A program made the translations under genes and the position numbers. Positions 40,247 to 51,327 of a stretch of DNA of 64,000 nt are shown piece by piece; the stretch's first letter is position 1, and each line of letters begins with the position of its first letter. Source of the stretch: Sphyrna mokarran (lineage: Eukaryota); contig JAGIQG010000013.1 of NCBI GenBank assembly GCA_024679065.1, positions 49,104,001 through 49,168,000 of the forward strand, given 5' to 3'. The notes under the pieces are model-generated. The model saw only the letters and a list, made by a program, of their open reading frames with translations. It did no database searches and was not told the origin of the DNA.

Positions 40247-40576
40247 TCATAGAGTTCCTACAACGCAGAAAGAGGCAATTCAGCCCATTGAGTCTGCACC
40301 AAAAAGCATTCCATTCAGGCCCTCTCCTCTGTTCTGTCTCCATAACCCCACACATTTACCATGGCCATCCAACTAACCTACTAAGGAATAATAAGGGGCA
40401 ATTTAGCATGGCCGTTTCACCTAACATGCACATCCTTGGACTGTAGGAGGAAACCAGAGCACCCAGACGAAACCCACACAGACAGAAGAAGAATGTGCAA
40501 ACTCCACACAGAAGGTCACCCAAAGCCAGAATCAAACTTGGGACCTTGGCGCTAAGAGGCAGCAATGCTATCCAAA
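40247..40576 (-). mobile_element. HE1-like tRNA-derived SINE
   Basis: Same body as 36194 (ggggcaatttagcatggcc...acctaacatgcacatccttggactgtaggaggaaacc). Confidence 0.88.
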
Positions 40577-40744
40577 ATGTTGCTCATTACTTAGAACTAT
40601 GACTTAGAACAAAGAAAAAAGAACAAGAACAAAACAGCACGGGAAACACACCCTTTGGCCCAATGAGCCTGCGCCACCACCTTGATGTTCCCACCTCTAC
40701 CCGTGATCCCTGTCTGTGTTTATAGATCTATGGATTAAAAACCA

Positions 40745-40938
40745 AATTTGAGACAATTTAGAGAGAATTTGTTTTGCCAATTAACCTAAGAGCACATCTT
40801 TGGGATGTGGGAGGAAACTGGAGCACCAGGAGAAAACCCACGCAAGCGCAGGGAGAATGCGCAAACTCCCACAGACACAGGCACAAATCCATGTATCTGC
40901 ACAGCCAGCGATAGTCACTGAGCTGTTGTGTTGCCCAT
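40745..40938 (-). mobile_element. tRNA-derived SINE 5' part
   Basis: cacatctttgggatgtgggaggaaactggagcacc...gggagaatgcgcaaactcccacagac. Confidence 0.75.
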
Positions 40939-41159
40939 CAAATGGTCCAGGTCAAGCGTACACTAACGACGTGAAGCACTGGGATACTCTCAAAAAAAAT
41001 CCAAGAGCAGCCCTCTCACGACCCATCGCGTGTATGCCCCTTGTTAGACAACAAGGTGGACCAAAGCACCTGTAGGATAAAAATAAGTACATCAATATCA
41101 TCATCTATTTACACACTTCCCAGGGACTCCCAAGGCTCATGATCCCTATTTTAAATCAG

Positions 41160-41570
41160 TTTTCTATACCCCTCCATTCCCATTCTGTTCATGTGCCCAT
41201 CTAAGTATTTCTTAAATAACTCCAGAATACCTCCCTCCACCACTATACTTGGCAGTGCATTCCATACCCCCACCACCCTCTGTGTGAAAAAACTCCCTCT
41301 AGCATCCAAATTATACCCCCCTCACCCTCAGCCCGTGACCCCTCGTGCTATTCGAATCCATCCTAGGAAAAAGCTTAACCCTGTTTACTCTATCTATACC
41401 CCTCATAATCTTGTACACCTCTATTAGATCTCCTCTAAGTCTACGTCTTTCTAAGGAAAACAGTCCCAATTTGCCTAACTTCTCCTCGTAACTCAGACTT
41501 TCCATACCAGGCAGCATCCTAGTAAACCTCCTCTGCATTCTCTCCAGAGTCTCCACATTCTTCCGGTAGT
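41160..41570 (-). mobile_element. CR1 LINE ORF2 C-terminal fragment
   Basis: ETLERMQRRFTRMLPGMESLSYEEKLGKLGLFSLERRRLRGDLIEVYKIMRG. Confidence 0.92.
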
Positions 41571-44500
41571 AAGAAGTTGTGATTCTAAGCCATTCTAAGA
41601 ACCATATTAACTTACCAAAAGTACTATTGGTCTTTCCATTTTTATTTTGTAGATTGTTTCAGGAATGAAAGGAAATGAGGGAGAGGGTAATTGTTTTCAG
41701 ACCAATGCTGACTTCTGTGTGGTTTTCAAGCAATATGCCAAAGGTTTGTGATTCACTATGAATATTAAAGCCCATGATATTTGCAACTGGGATTTATAGT
41801 AATTCTGGACTTCTAAAGTACAGAAAGAAGAAATCTACTGATAATATTCTTGTAAGGACTTCTAGTGAACCAAATGTTGTCTAATGGGGTTAGAAGTTGT
41901 AATACTTCAGGTGTAAATGGAATACAACAACAGAAAGTAGTTTGGGAACAGTAATGTGGTTGAAAGGGGTGATGTTGCAATGGTATTTTTTAATATAAAC
42001 ATAAAACCTGTGCCACTTGCGCTATTAATAGAAGATTTACCTGTGAAAGTAAGTTATCTTTGCGGTTGATTGCAATAAAGCAATCTCCTGAGCAAGATAG
42101 TCATTAATTTGCAGCACTCTTAGTCATTTATTGTGGTAATGCTCCAGAATTGACTGAAATCCCATAATTTCCTGGATCTTTGTATAGCTCCCAGATAAAA
42201 GAAATTGATCATTTTTTCCAATGTATACAGAATATGGGCACCTCAAGTAAGTTCAACAAATAATAGTTATTATTATTGATCTCTCCCAAAGGAAAGAGTG
42301 GTCGCCTGACATTTGAGATGAAGGGGGTAACATTCCCTGTCAGCATCTGAATAGCAATGTTGCCCAAAATAAAATTGTGCTACACAAACTTCTAGATGTA
42401 TAACCTCAAACTTCCAAATGGCCTGAAACCTCAAAACAGGAGATGAAAATAAAATTACAAAGATTTAAGAATGCTTCTTTCTTTTAGGTTTTAATCACTA
42501 CATTTCCAGAAAAGATGTCTCAGAAGCATTTCAGTGGCAACAAGCATGGGGACTTGAAGCAGAAGCAGCAACACTTGGTATATGTTTCTAGTGCCTATTT
42601 AATAATGCCTTTAAGTCTGACTAAAATCTGCAAAAGTGCACAAAGTTGACCTCAACCAATTCCAATAATTAAATAGATCTTCTTTCATAATAACTTACTT
42701 TAGGAGTTGTTCTTGAAAGGCCTTTGTGGTAGCTGCTTTGGCACTCACTTACCTGACATTCTGAGTTAAAATCACATTGTCGTTGCATTTCTTTGCTATC
42801 CTTTTCATGTGCTGAAACTACTTTCCGCACAATTCTTCATGAGAATTGGAACCAGATCTGACCTGCCTACATAATTACACTTCAATGCAAAACACTTGAG
42901 CCATGTACAGTGACAATCAGCAAAAACAAAGGTTTCTGAGCATTTTGAATTGTATTTAAAATGTAAACCATGAGGTGACATTCCTCTTACAATATATTTT
43001 ATTTTATTGAATATTGAATCAGGATAAACCTGGTAGAAATTGTTACTAGTGCATTTTAAAACTCACTGCAAAGTGCTTCGAAATAAATTTGGAGCAGTAA
43101 GTATGGAATATCCATGCTGGCCAGTAAAAAAATGGGTGAACTTGGTGGAAGAGGAACATTTTTACAGACTAGGAAAGGAAGTTCATGTAGTCCAAATCCT
43201 TTTGTGGTGCTACTGTTCATATCAAAAATTTCAAAATTCAGAATGATTTTCCTCATTGATAGTTTGGCCTCAACAATTTGGCTATTTATGTACCCCTTGT
43301 ATCATGAAGACATGATGATGAAATGATAGTGTACTATGACTACATCATGCTGGATTGGTAGCCAATTAAAGGATTGAAACCATTTCTCTATACTTTAGAT
43401 TCAACTCGTTTTTGCCAAATTTATTGCCACTATGCTATTCCTGCACTCCGTTTTAACAGCCTGAGCTAACTTGCCTGAAACAGCCTGTAAAAGTGATTTG
43501 AGTTGATTTGATTTATTATTGTCACATGCATCAGTATATAGTCAAAAGTATTGTTTTTTTCACGCTATACAGACAGAGCGTGCGGAAGGAAAAGCGAGGG
43601 TGCAAATTGAACGGGTAATTAGTTGTTAATTGTTAGCACACTTTGCCAGAACATATTCACCTGAGGCTTGACTCCTCCATCAAGATGGAACGGACAGCTT
43701 TTAAAATCCCGCACTTTCAATCACTGAGATTGCGTTTCTTTGCATAACGCGGGTACTTAATTTACTGGGACAATTGCTGTCTTTCGCATGTATGTGTATA
43801 TTATTCCAACATATGAAATAATAACCTATTTCTGTGTATTAGCAATGCCACATATTAGAACATATAAACGCTGGATTTAAACCAAGGCTGCACATTTCTG
43901 TAACTGTAGTGGCCCCTTTCCGGTAATTGACACCACGAAGTCTGACATTCTGGTAAAAAGTCACAGACCTCAAACGTTTCTCCCTCCATCGATGCTGTCA
44001 GACCTGCTGAGTATTTCCAACATTTCCTGATCTTATTTTAAACCTGTGAAATAAGTTGAGCGAAACGAAACCGGTTGATACCTGGATCGGAGTATTTCAT
44101 AAAAATCGCTGAGTAGCGATGTAGAAAATGGGACCTAATTAACATCAAGTGAGACAAATCAGGCCACCTAGGAAATAGTAGAATGAGAGGCAGGCGGGCA
44201 CTTTTTCATGCTAAACTCTCGCCAACTAAGATCATCGCCTGTGAACCGCTCCTCGGCATTCAAGGCCAATTCTTCACTGCATGCCACAGCGCCCGGAAGA
44301 AGAGAACCAGACCAGTGCTCGGCCACCAGTCAATGAAGTTATCACTTCCCATGTGTTAATCTCTTTTGATTATAACGGCATAGCACGGAACCGGGCCGCT
44401 TCAATACGTTACAACACTGCTGTTACATTGTGTAAAAGAACGCCGGAGACACATTCTAAGATTTTTAATGTCGTTCTGAAGGAAACCGTACATTTCACCT

Positions 44501-45279
44501 TCATCCCTCACCAATTATGTACCAGACACAACTGTAGTGCGAATATATTAGTAGCTTCGTTTGCAACGTCCTCTGTTTTACTATTGTCCGTGAGCTCGCT
44601 TCACGTTGACAGTAATGATGAGTGAAATATGTACCTATGGGCCCTAATTGGATGTACTAAAACATTGAACAACTGCAACTTTTAGTAAGACCGCGCATCC
44701 AATTAGGCTCCTAAAAGCATCTCCGCAGTGAGTCCAATCTTAAGACATTCCAATACAAGATGCGTTGTTCTTGAAAGCAATTTGGTTGCATGGCCCTCGC
44801 CTGGGTTTACTGATTGTGTATGCTTTCTGCATTGTACCTAATAAGCCCAAAAATGAAAAGAAACTACTCATGCTGAAAATGTGAAATAAAACAGCAAATC
44901 TGGGTGATATGCGGGCAGCATCTGCAAAGTGAGAAGATGGGTTAATGATTTCCCATGTGTTAATCTGCCTTTTCTCTCTCTCTCTCTCTCTCCCTCTGTG
45001 TATTTCCAACATCCTCTATTTGTATTATTTTACATAGAAAAAGATTAGCATAAATGAATCACAACCTGTGGAAGGAATGGCGGGGCACAGTTCGTAATCA
45101 TGTCTTTACGCTCCGAAATCACACATAAATACTCGCAAGAATCAGTCGGAAATTTCTGAATTATGTCCAACTCGCAGTGTATTTCCAAGACTAGCTGCCG
45201 TAGGACATCGCTTTGTGTCATTTATCCCATTTCATGTGGGATAAATAGCTTTAAATCACAGCAGCCGTTTGAAAACACG

Positions 45280-45760
45280 TTTATTGGAATTTACCAGATT
45301 AACTCATCTCTCCGATTCAAATTTCAAGTCTGAATTCCTTCAGCAATAAAGCATTATAAAGTTGCGGGAGGCTGTTTTCAAACCTGGTTGAATACCAGTG
45401 GTTTTGCATTAATTTACTACTAAGCTAATAAGTAGGTTTGGTTTTGTTATGCTAAGCTTTATTGCTTTCTTTTATCGGAGTAGTGTTTTCAGCAAAGCGT
45501 AGACAAGGCATTCTTTGATGAGGGAATTAGTGCTCCATTATTCCCCTATTATTCATAGCACACTAGAATATGTAAGTACCTGAGGGTGTAAAAGGAGAAC
45601 AGAGTCTATTGCAAAGTGTTCGGCTTGTTTCTTTGTACAGCTGAGTATGAGATGATAAACCGCTTAATACACCGCACTAATTGGATGAGAGCAAAGAGAT
45701 GGGAATTAGTGGATCCAAAGGAGATCGTGCTACCAGTTTCCAATGCAGCTTTCTTCCGTC
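45280..45760. promoter_or_regulatory. Candidate ultraconserved ARX 3' enhancer (POLA1-ARX intergenic)
   Basis: Unique block of about 480 bp some 4 kb beyond the ARX 3' end, dense in homeodomain cores (gattaa, cattaattt, gaattag, ctaattgg). Size and position match the Dlx-responsive conserved enhancer region known downstream of mammalian Arx. Alignment needed. Confidence 0.55.
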
Positions 45761-46349
45761 TTTCTTTCACAACTTCTACAGCCCCAAAGGCGGCAGAACC
45801 TCCCCCACCCAACCTCTCTAAAAGACTGTGTGTTTTGTGTAGAATTCTGCTGCGGTAGCCGGCTCTGAGTTAAATGGAACACGCATTCTAGATATTTGAC
45901 ATTTCGATAGACTATATACTCCAAAGTTAACCTGGGGTTTCAAATATATTTATTATGTTTCGTCTAATGGTAAAGATAGAAAGATGCAAAACAAGACAAC
46001 ACTTAAATGCGTTTCACTAAACATACATTATTTATACATGAATCCATTAATTCATTCAATATATTATGTTAAACTTTATTATGTATTTTAAGAGATCTGC
46101 GCATATAAAATTAACTTGTATCTGAATCATATATTCCTTTCCACATTAACCAATACAATTTCTACATGTTTACATATATACAACAGTATTTCTACCTATA
46201 TACATGCATGCAAATGTACACATGTTTATATAGACGACTTGTCAGTCTCCTTGAAATATCTCCAAATGTGAAAGCTGCTTTTTGGGAACAGATGGTGGGA
46301 AGCTTGGCAGTGAAAGGAGGGGGGGGGGAGGCGGGAAGAGTTGAATTTG

Positions 46350-46600
46350 TGTGATCGTGCTGAAAACTGGCTGCCGTGCAGTGCTGTGTTAAAGAGTTAC
46401 TGGAGGCTGAAGGCAGCACAAAAACGCCGGGGAGGTTTGCTTAAGGTTGGGGGTCACAGTCGCCGTGTTTTGTAGCAAGAATTCCCAGATATTAGGGCCA
46501 AATTGGGTTGCTATTCATTAATAATGTTCACAATAAGATTAAATCATTCTGGAAAATCTCATAAAACCCTCTAAATACGCTTCACTGCCTCCTTCGAACG
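46350..46600. promoter_or_regulatory. Candidate conserved element adjacent to the 45.3-kb block
   Basis: Unique sequence with cattaataat, aagattaaatca and cataaaa motifs. Inference from position. Confidence 0.45.
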
Positions 46601-48399
46601 AAATCATTCAACACTTGGGGAGGTTTAGATGAGGAGAAATTGGTTTCTTTGCTAATGCCTTTTTTTTTCAAAGACACTCAGAGTTTGTCATGCGTGACAT
46701 GTCAAATGTTTAATATAGACTTGATGGGAGTCATCGGCCGTTAACATGTGATATTTATGGTGAATATTTAGCGAAGAATGGCTGCTTTACCAGCTGCGAA
46801 ACATGAAAGAATACTCTGAGATCTACATGTTTGCACCATCGCTGTGAGGTGGGATTAGTTGTAAAGCGAAGCCAGTGAGAGGGAGATGCTTTCATTCGAT
46901 CAGAAGAACTTTAATCCACCAGGTAATTTCACGCAATTTGATTTAGTACTATAGAATGGAGTCAGATGAGGGAAAAAAAAGTGACTTTAAAAAGCGTCCA
47001 TTAAATGAAATCATGGTATGGGGTCCCGGTATGATATTAACCACTTTACCAAGATGTATGTCCAATGGCAAGGACAAGAAGGGCCGAATGGCCTCCTTCT
47101 GTACTGGAACTTTCCTATGTCACTGCAAATTGGCATTGGAAATTTGCTACCTGGTCAAAAACTGTTAATGAACTGCAAGTGTCCTAGCAGAGAGTCTCTC
47201 TCCTGAGCCACACCAGAGTTGACCACCGTTTGAGAAGACGGAACGAAGACCGCCAGTAAAACGTAGTTACAATAAGTCAGCCCTGTAGTCCTGTAGGTCA
47301 GTACTCGGTGTGATGGCAATATTTTGAATCGGTAACAGAAAGGATTTCCAAGATATGTATCACCTCCGTCACAAACTTTGCTCGCGTTACAATCTTTACA
47401 GCCTATTCTCATTTACCCTTTTTGCAAACAAACGGGTCTGATCTGTCCAGCATCCTACTAATGGAACAAATATCGCGGAGATCATTTATCGCCTCATTAT
47501 TTAAGAAACTACAGAAAATATTTGAACCAGAGGGGATTTAATTTAGCCATACCATTAGTGAATATTTGGGTTGGAAGTTTACTGTTAAAAACTAAGCCGG
47601 GGTGGGGGAATGGGGCAGCTATAAAATGACCGGATTGGCACAAAATTCAGATACTGAAAATTGCCAATTCAACGTCCAGCTATATTCTCCATCTACTTCT
47701 ATAAAGACCGTTAGCTTAATGATTCTTGATGTCAACATCACGAGTTCCCGCATCCTCATTCGGGTTATTTCAGGTGGAAATTCTACACTCTTGTATTTCA
47801 GTCCCATACACTCGAAACCCAAACTTTCGTAGTGGATTGCGTTAACTTGAACTAAGTGGTATTGTGATATCTAGAATATGATATTAGCATGTTTTAAATA
47901 TCAGTGCAATGTGCGCTTACTGTGTACCATTTCTAATATTATTTGAATTGGCGTGGGGACCTTCTCTGACCAGGAAGCAGATTCACCGTGTAAACGGAAC
48001 TCATCTAATCATCCGCATCAGTGACCCACTGTCAGCTAAATCTTTAGGGGAGCTCGCTGTATCTGCTGTTGGCTGTTAATTGGACAAGTGCTCGACTGGC
48101 GACCAACGCGGAAGGCGGCAAAGCAGAAGCACCGTCACCAAGGCACGTCGTGGCGAAATCGTTCAACATCAACGTTTAGTAACCTCAGTGACTTGTTATC
48201 ACACATACAAAAAGATATAGAAGCAACCCTGGAAAGGCGACACTAATGAATGTGTGTATGTATGTGTGGAGGGGTGGGGGAGGGGGATTAATGTTACCAT
48301 TTCCAGGAGATATTTAACATGAAATATCAAAGACGTAATCAAATATGGATATGGAAGTAGAACTCCTCCTCTTGACTTCAACCCAGTCCCACTGAGTAA

Positions 48400-48720
48400 A
48401 GTTCAGGCGGTTTATAGGAAAGCATATTTATTGGTCGTGTCAACAACAACGTAAGAGAGGGGTGGCAGTTTTCTGGCAATGTTCATTAAAGCAATAATGT
48501 TGGAGGAATGCGCTAAAAGGTTTTAAGTCATGCTAGCCCAATGTAGAGATTACTTGTTGTAAAAGTGCCAGTGTTCCCCTCAATTGTCCCAAATCAGAAT
48601 CTGAGTCCAAAAGAACACTGAATTCTATCTGAATATTGTGTTGTTATCATAGCTGTTTCTCCTCTAAATTGACAAGAGAGATGTTTTAATTGCGTGGCAA
48701 TGTTGTGCTTATTAACTATC
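48400..48720. promoter_or_regulatory. Candidate conserved element just 3' of ARX
   Basis: Unique block with tttatagg, tttattgg (Hox/Cdx-like), cattaa and caattg motifs. Confidence 0.4.
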
Positions 48721-49103
48721 ACACTTTTAAATTAGCCAGCACATACAGCGTGGATTTGTGAATGAATGAATGAAACTAACTAGCCTTGAAACGGAATGGC
48801 TGGCGGGAAATACCTTCCTGCTGTACAGCCTGTGTGTCGCCAATACCGTCAGACAGTGAGCTGCCAGAAACCGGGCACACACACTAAACCGGGCGGCTCA
48901 GAAATTCTTTCTCCTTACGTCTATATTGGGCGGAAACGAAATTGGCACTTGGCGGAGAGTTACTTCAAGTTGTGATTTTGCGTTGACAGCATTGTACTGG
49001 TAAACCGTGAGGTTGTCTGCAGTGGGTAAACGTTCAACAATACTCTAAGCACCCTGAATGCAGAAGAAGCCGCTTTCTCCGATTAGCTTGTTAAGCAGAA
49101 CAT

Positions 49104-49109
49104 TTTATT
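49104..49109 (-). terminator. Probable ARX polyadenylation signal (AATAAA)
   Basis: tttatt on + = AATAAA on -, about 965 nt downstream of the ARX stop, after an AU-rich 3'UTR-like segment. Confidence 0.65.
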
Positions 49110-49501
49110 TCAGAGTGTCTTCACTCTTCTAGCCCATATCAAGAAGTTACAACAGTACATGTAATATAGCAAGTTGCTTTTTATAAGGTTTTCGAAACCT
49201 CTATAGTTAATAAGTTAAATAAAATGTTTCTCCATAAATAATTATTCTACGAACCTAATACATCCACAACACTATAAGAACGATCTGGTAATTCTAGAGA
49301 ATGAACTTTCACAATACGCTGAGTGCAAATTTTCAATGTTTTTTTTAAAAAAATGTACAATTATTTTCCTTGGAAATTCTGAAGAACGACCATTATTATA
49401 CAGAAATCAATCACAGTTTAGTGACATAAGCAGTCCACTCGGATTGGCAGTATTTTGTCCCTTTGGTTTAGTAGCGAACCGCTGGTTGGCTACACTCACG
49501 T

Positions 49502-49533
49502 GTATATATATATATATTTATATTTATATATAT
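49502..49533. repeat. (TA)n-rich microsatellite in the ARX 3'UTR
   Basis: tatatatatatatatttatatttatatatata. Confidence 0.9.
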
Positions 49534-50074
49534 AAATCCAGACGTAACCAACGTGTTTATGCCCATGTGTGTGCTATACAACCGGTCCGCCGCACAAAGT
49601 ATACTTTACTCAGAAACAGTATCCCTTTATATCGGGCCACCAAGACTGGAATTAGGAAACTATCATATCTACATCCGTGTTTTGAATACATTTCATCTTT
49701 GTTTTTTTTTCTCTCTTGCAGAACTGCCCTGATTAGATCCGACCCTAGTGTATTAAAGAAAGTTTCTCTCTGTGATCACCTCAGGTATATTCTTTACCAG
49801 GCTCGATTACTACAACTACCTACCTCCCCACCCCTCCCTCAGAAAGCTGAAAGGTGTAGCAACATCAGAAATCTTACATGTAGACAGTGTCATTGTTCTT
49901 TTGTTTTGTTCTGATTTTTTTCTTTTAAGTGCGGCCTGTTGATGTGATGAAAGGGATACTGACTCTATCTATGGGCATGCACAGTCTGAGAACCCACGCG
50001 GAGTAACTGGTCCTCGCTCTCTCTGAATTTGGTCTTGACCAGCAACCTGTATGGAAGAGCTCCTTGGTGCGTGT

Positions 50075-50312
50075 TCAGCACACTTCCTTGCCGGTGGAGG
50101 GTGCGGGGAGGATGTTGAGCTGTGTGAGTTGGGCGGCATGTTCCTTGGCTTTGAGTCTGAGTGCTGCGATACTGGACGCTCGTCTGTCTGCTGCTGCTAC
50201 CGCCGGGTCTGAGAGGGCGCCGGCCTGCACCCCCCCTTCTACCCCCGGGGCCGACTGTCTCAGCAGGGCAGGGCCAGAGGCGCCTGTCAGCGGAGCTACT
50301 GTCGAGAAGAGC
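50075..50312 (-). CDS. ARX: ARX coding exon 5 (OAR/aristaless domain, stop)
   Basis: Acceptor tgttgcag|G. Translates [10 protein letters not shown]...[37 protein letters not shown], with TGA at 50077-50075. The five exons sum to 1359 nt = 452 aa plus stop. Confidence 0.97.
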
Positions 50313-51327
50313 CTGCAACAGACAAGGATTTTCCACATTACAATCCGGGAAAGCGTTTTGAAAATCATGACTGGTCAGCTGGCTTGGTGACGGCTGGGCA
50401 ACAGAAAGGCTGCATTGTCCAGGGGGAATATTGGCTTGCGCGATGCGTCAAGTAGCACAGAACTCACATCTTATCAGACTTGCACATTACAGGGTCTGAC
50501 TATATCACTAATTATAATGTAGTAGAAAGCATGATTTGGTTATAAATGTGGCAGATAATTTGTCTCAATTGTATCAGCTCATCGCCTGTAAGCTTTGGGT
50601 GAAATGAAGTTGGGCTTTTTGCTATTTACAGGGATTGTGAATCACAATTGCACAGCAGAATTGCAACTACATTTTCGTGTTGCTGAATTCCGGGAGTCAA
50701 GGTTGACAATCCATCAGAGTCCCAGCTCGACTTAAACGTTCTAGCTGCTAAATTGTAATAACCTTGGGCTTCAGTGTAATTTACATCTCATTGCTACTGC
50801 AGCAACGACTCACTCCGGAGACAGAATTCAATGATTCCGATCATCTACCTCCGTTTCTCTCTCCACGGATGCTGCCAGACCTGCTGAGTATTTCCAGCAA
50901 GTTTTCGTTCTATTTCCAGATATCCAGCATCGCAGTATTAAGAGTTTAAGTAACTGTTTCCTCTCTTCTGGGGGTGCCCAAGTGCAATGATAACCATATG
51001 GAACTGTGTATTTAGCACAGCACCAGTGTGTTAGCACATGCTTACATGTACTGAACCATCTCTCAGCTGAGACACTGAAATGCTAGTGAATGGGCTGGCG
51101 TTTCACAAGTTTGGACTACATACTTCCTTAACTGATCACAAGTTGTTGTTGGGTTACTCTACGAACCAAGACTTCACCCATCAGGATTACGGAGGGAGCA
51201 ATATACTATGAAATAAGTCTAGCTTTGCCTATGTAAATATACTGACATTGATTTCTCGTACTTGTGAGTGTTAAAAGATACGCTTTCATGTTCGTTCCCC
51301 CCGAAAGCGCACCAACCAATCACCAAC

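Noticed and set aside
49336-49914. 192-aa plus-strand ORF
   Set aside because: Antisense to the ARX 3'UTR, runs through a TA microsatellite (IYIYIY), and has no recognisable domain.
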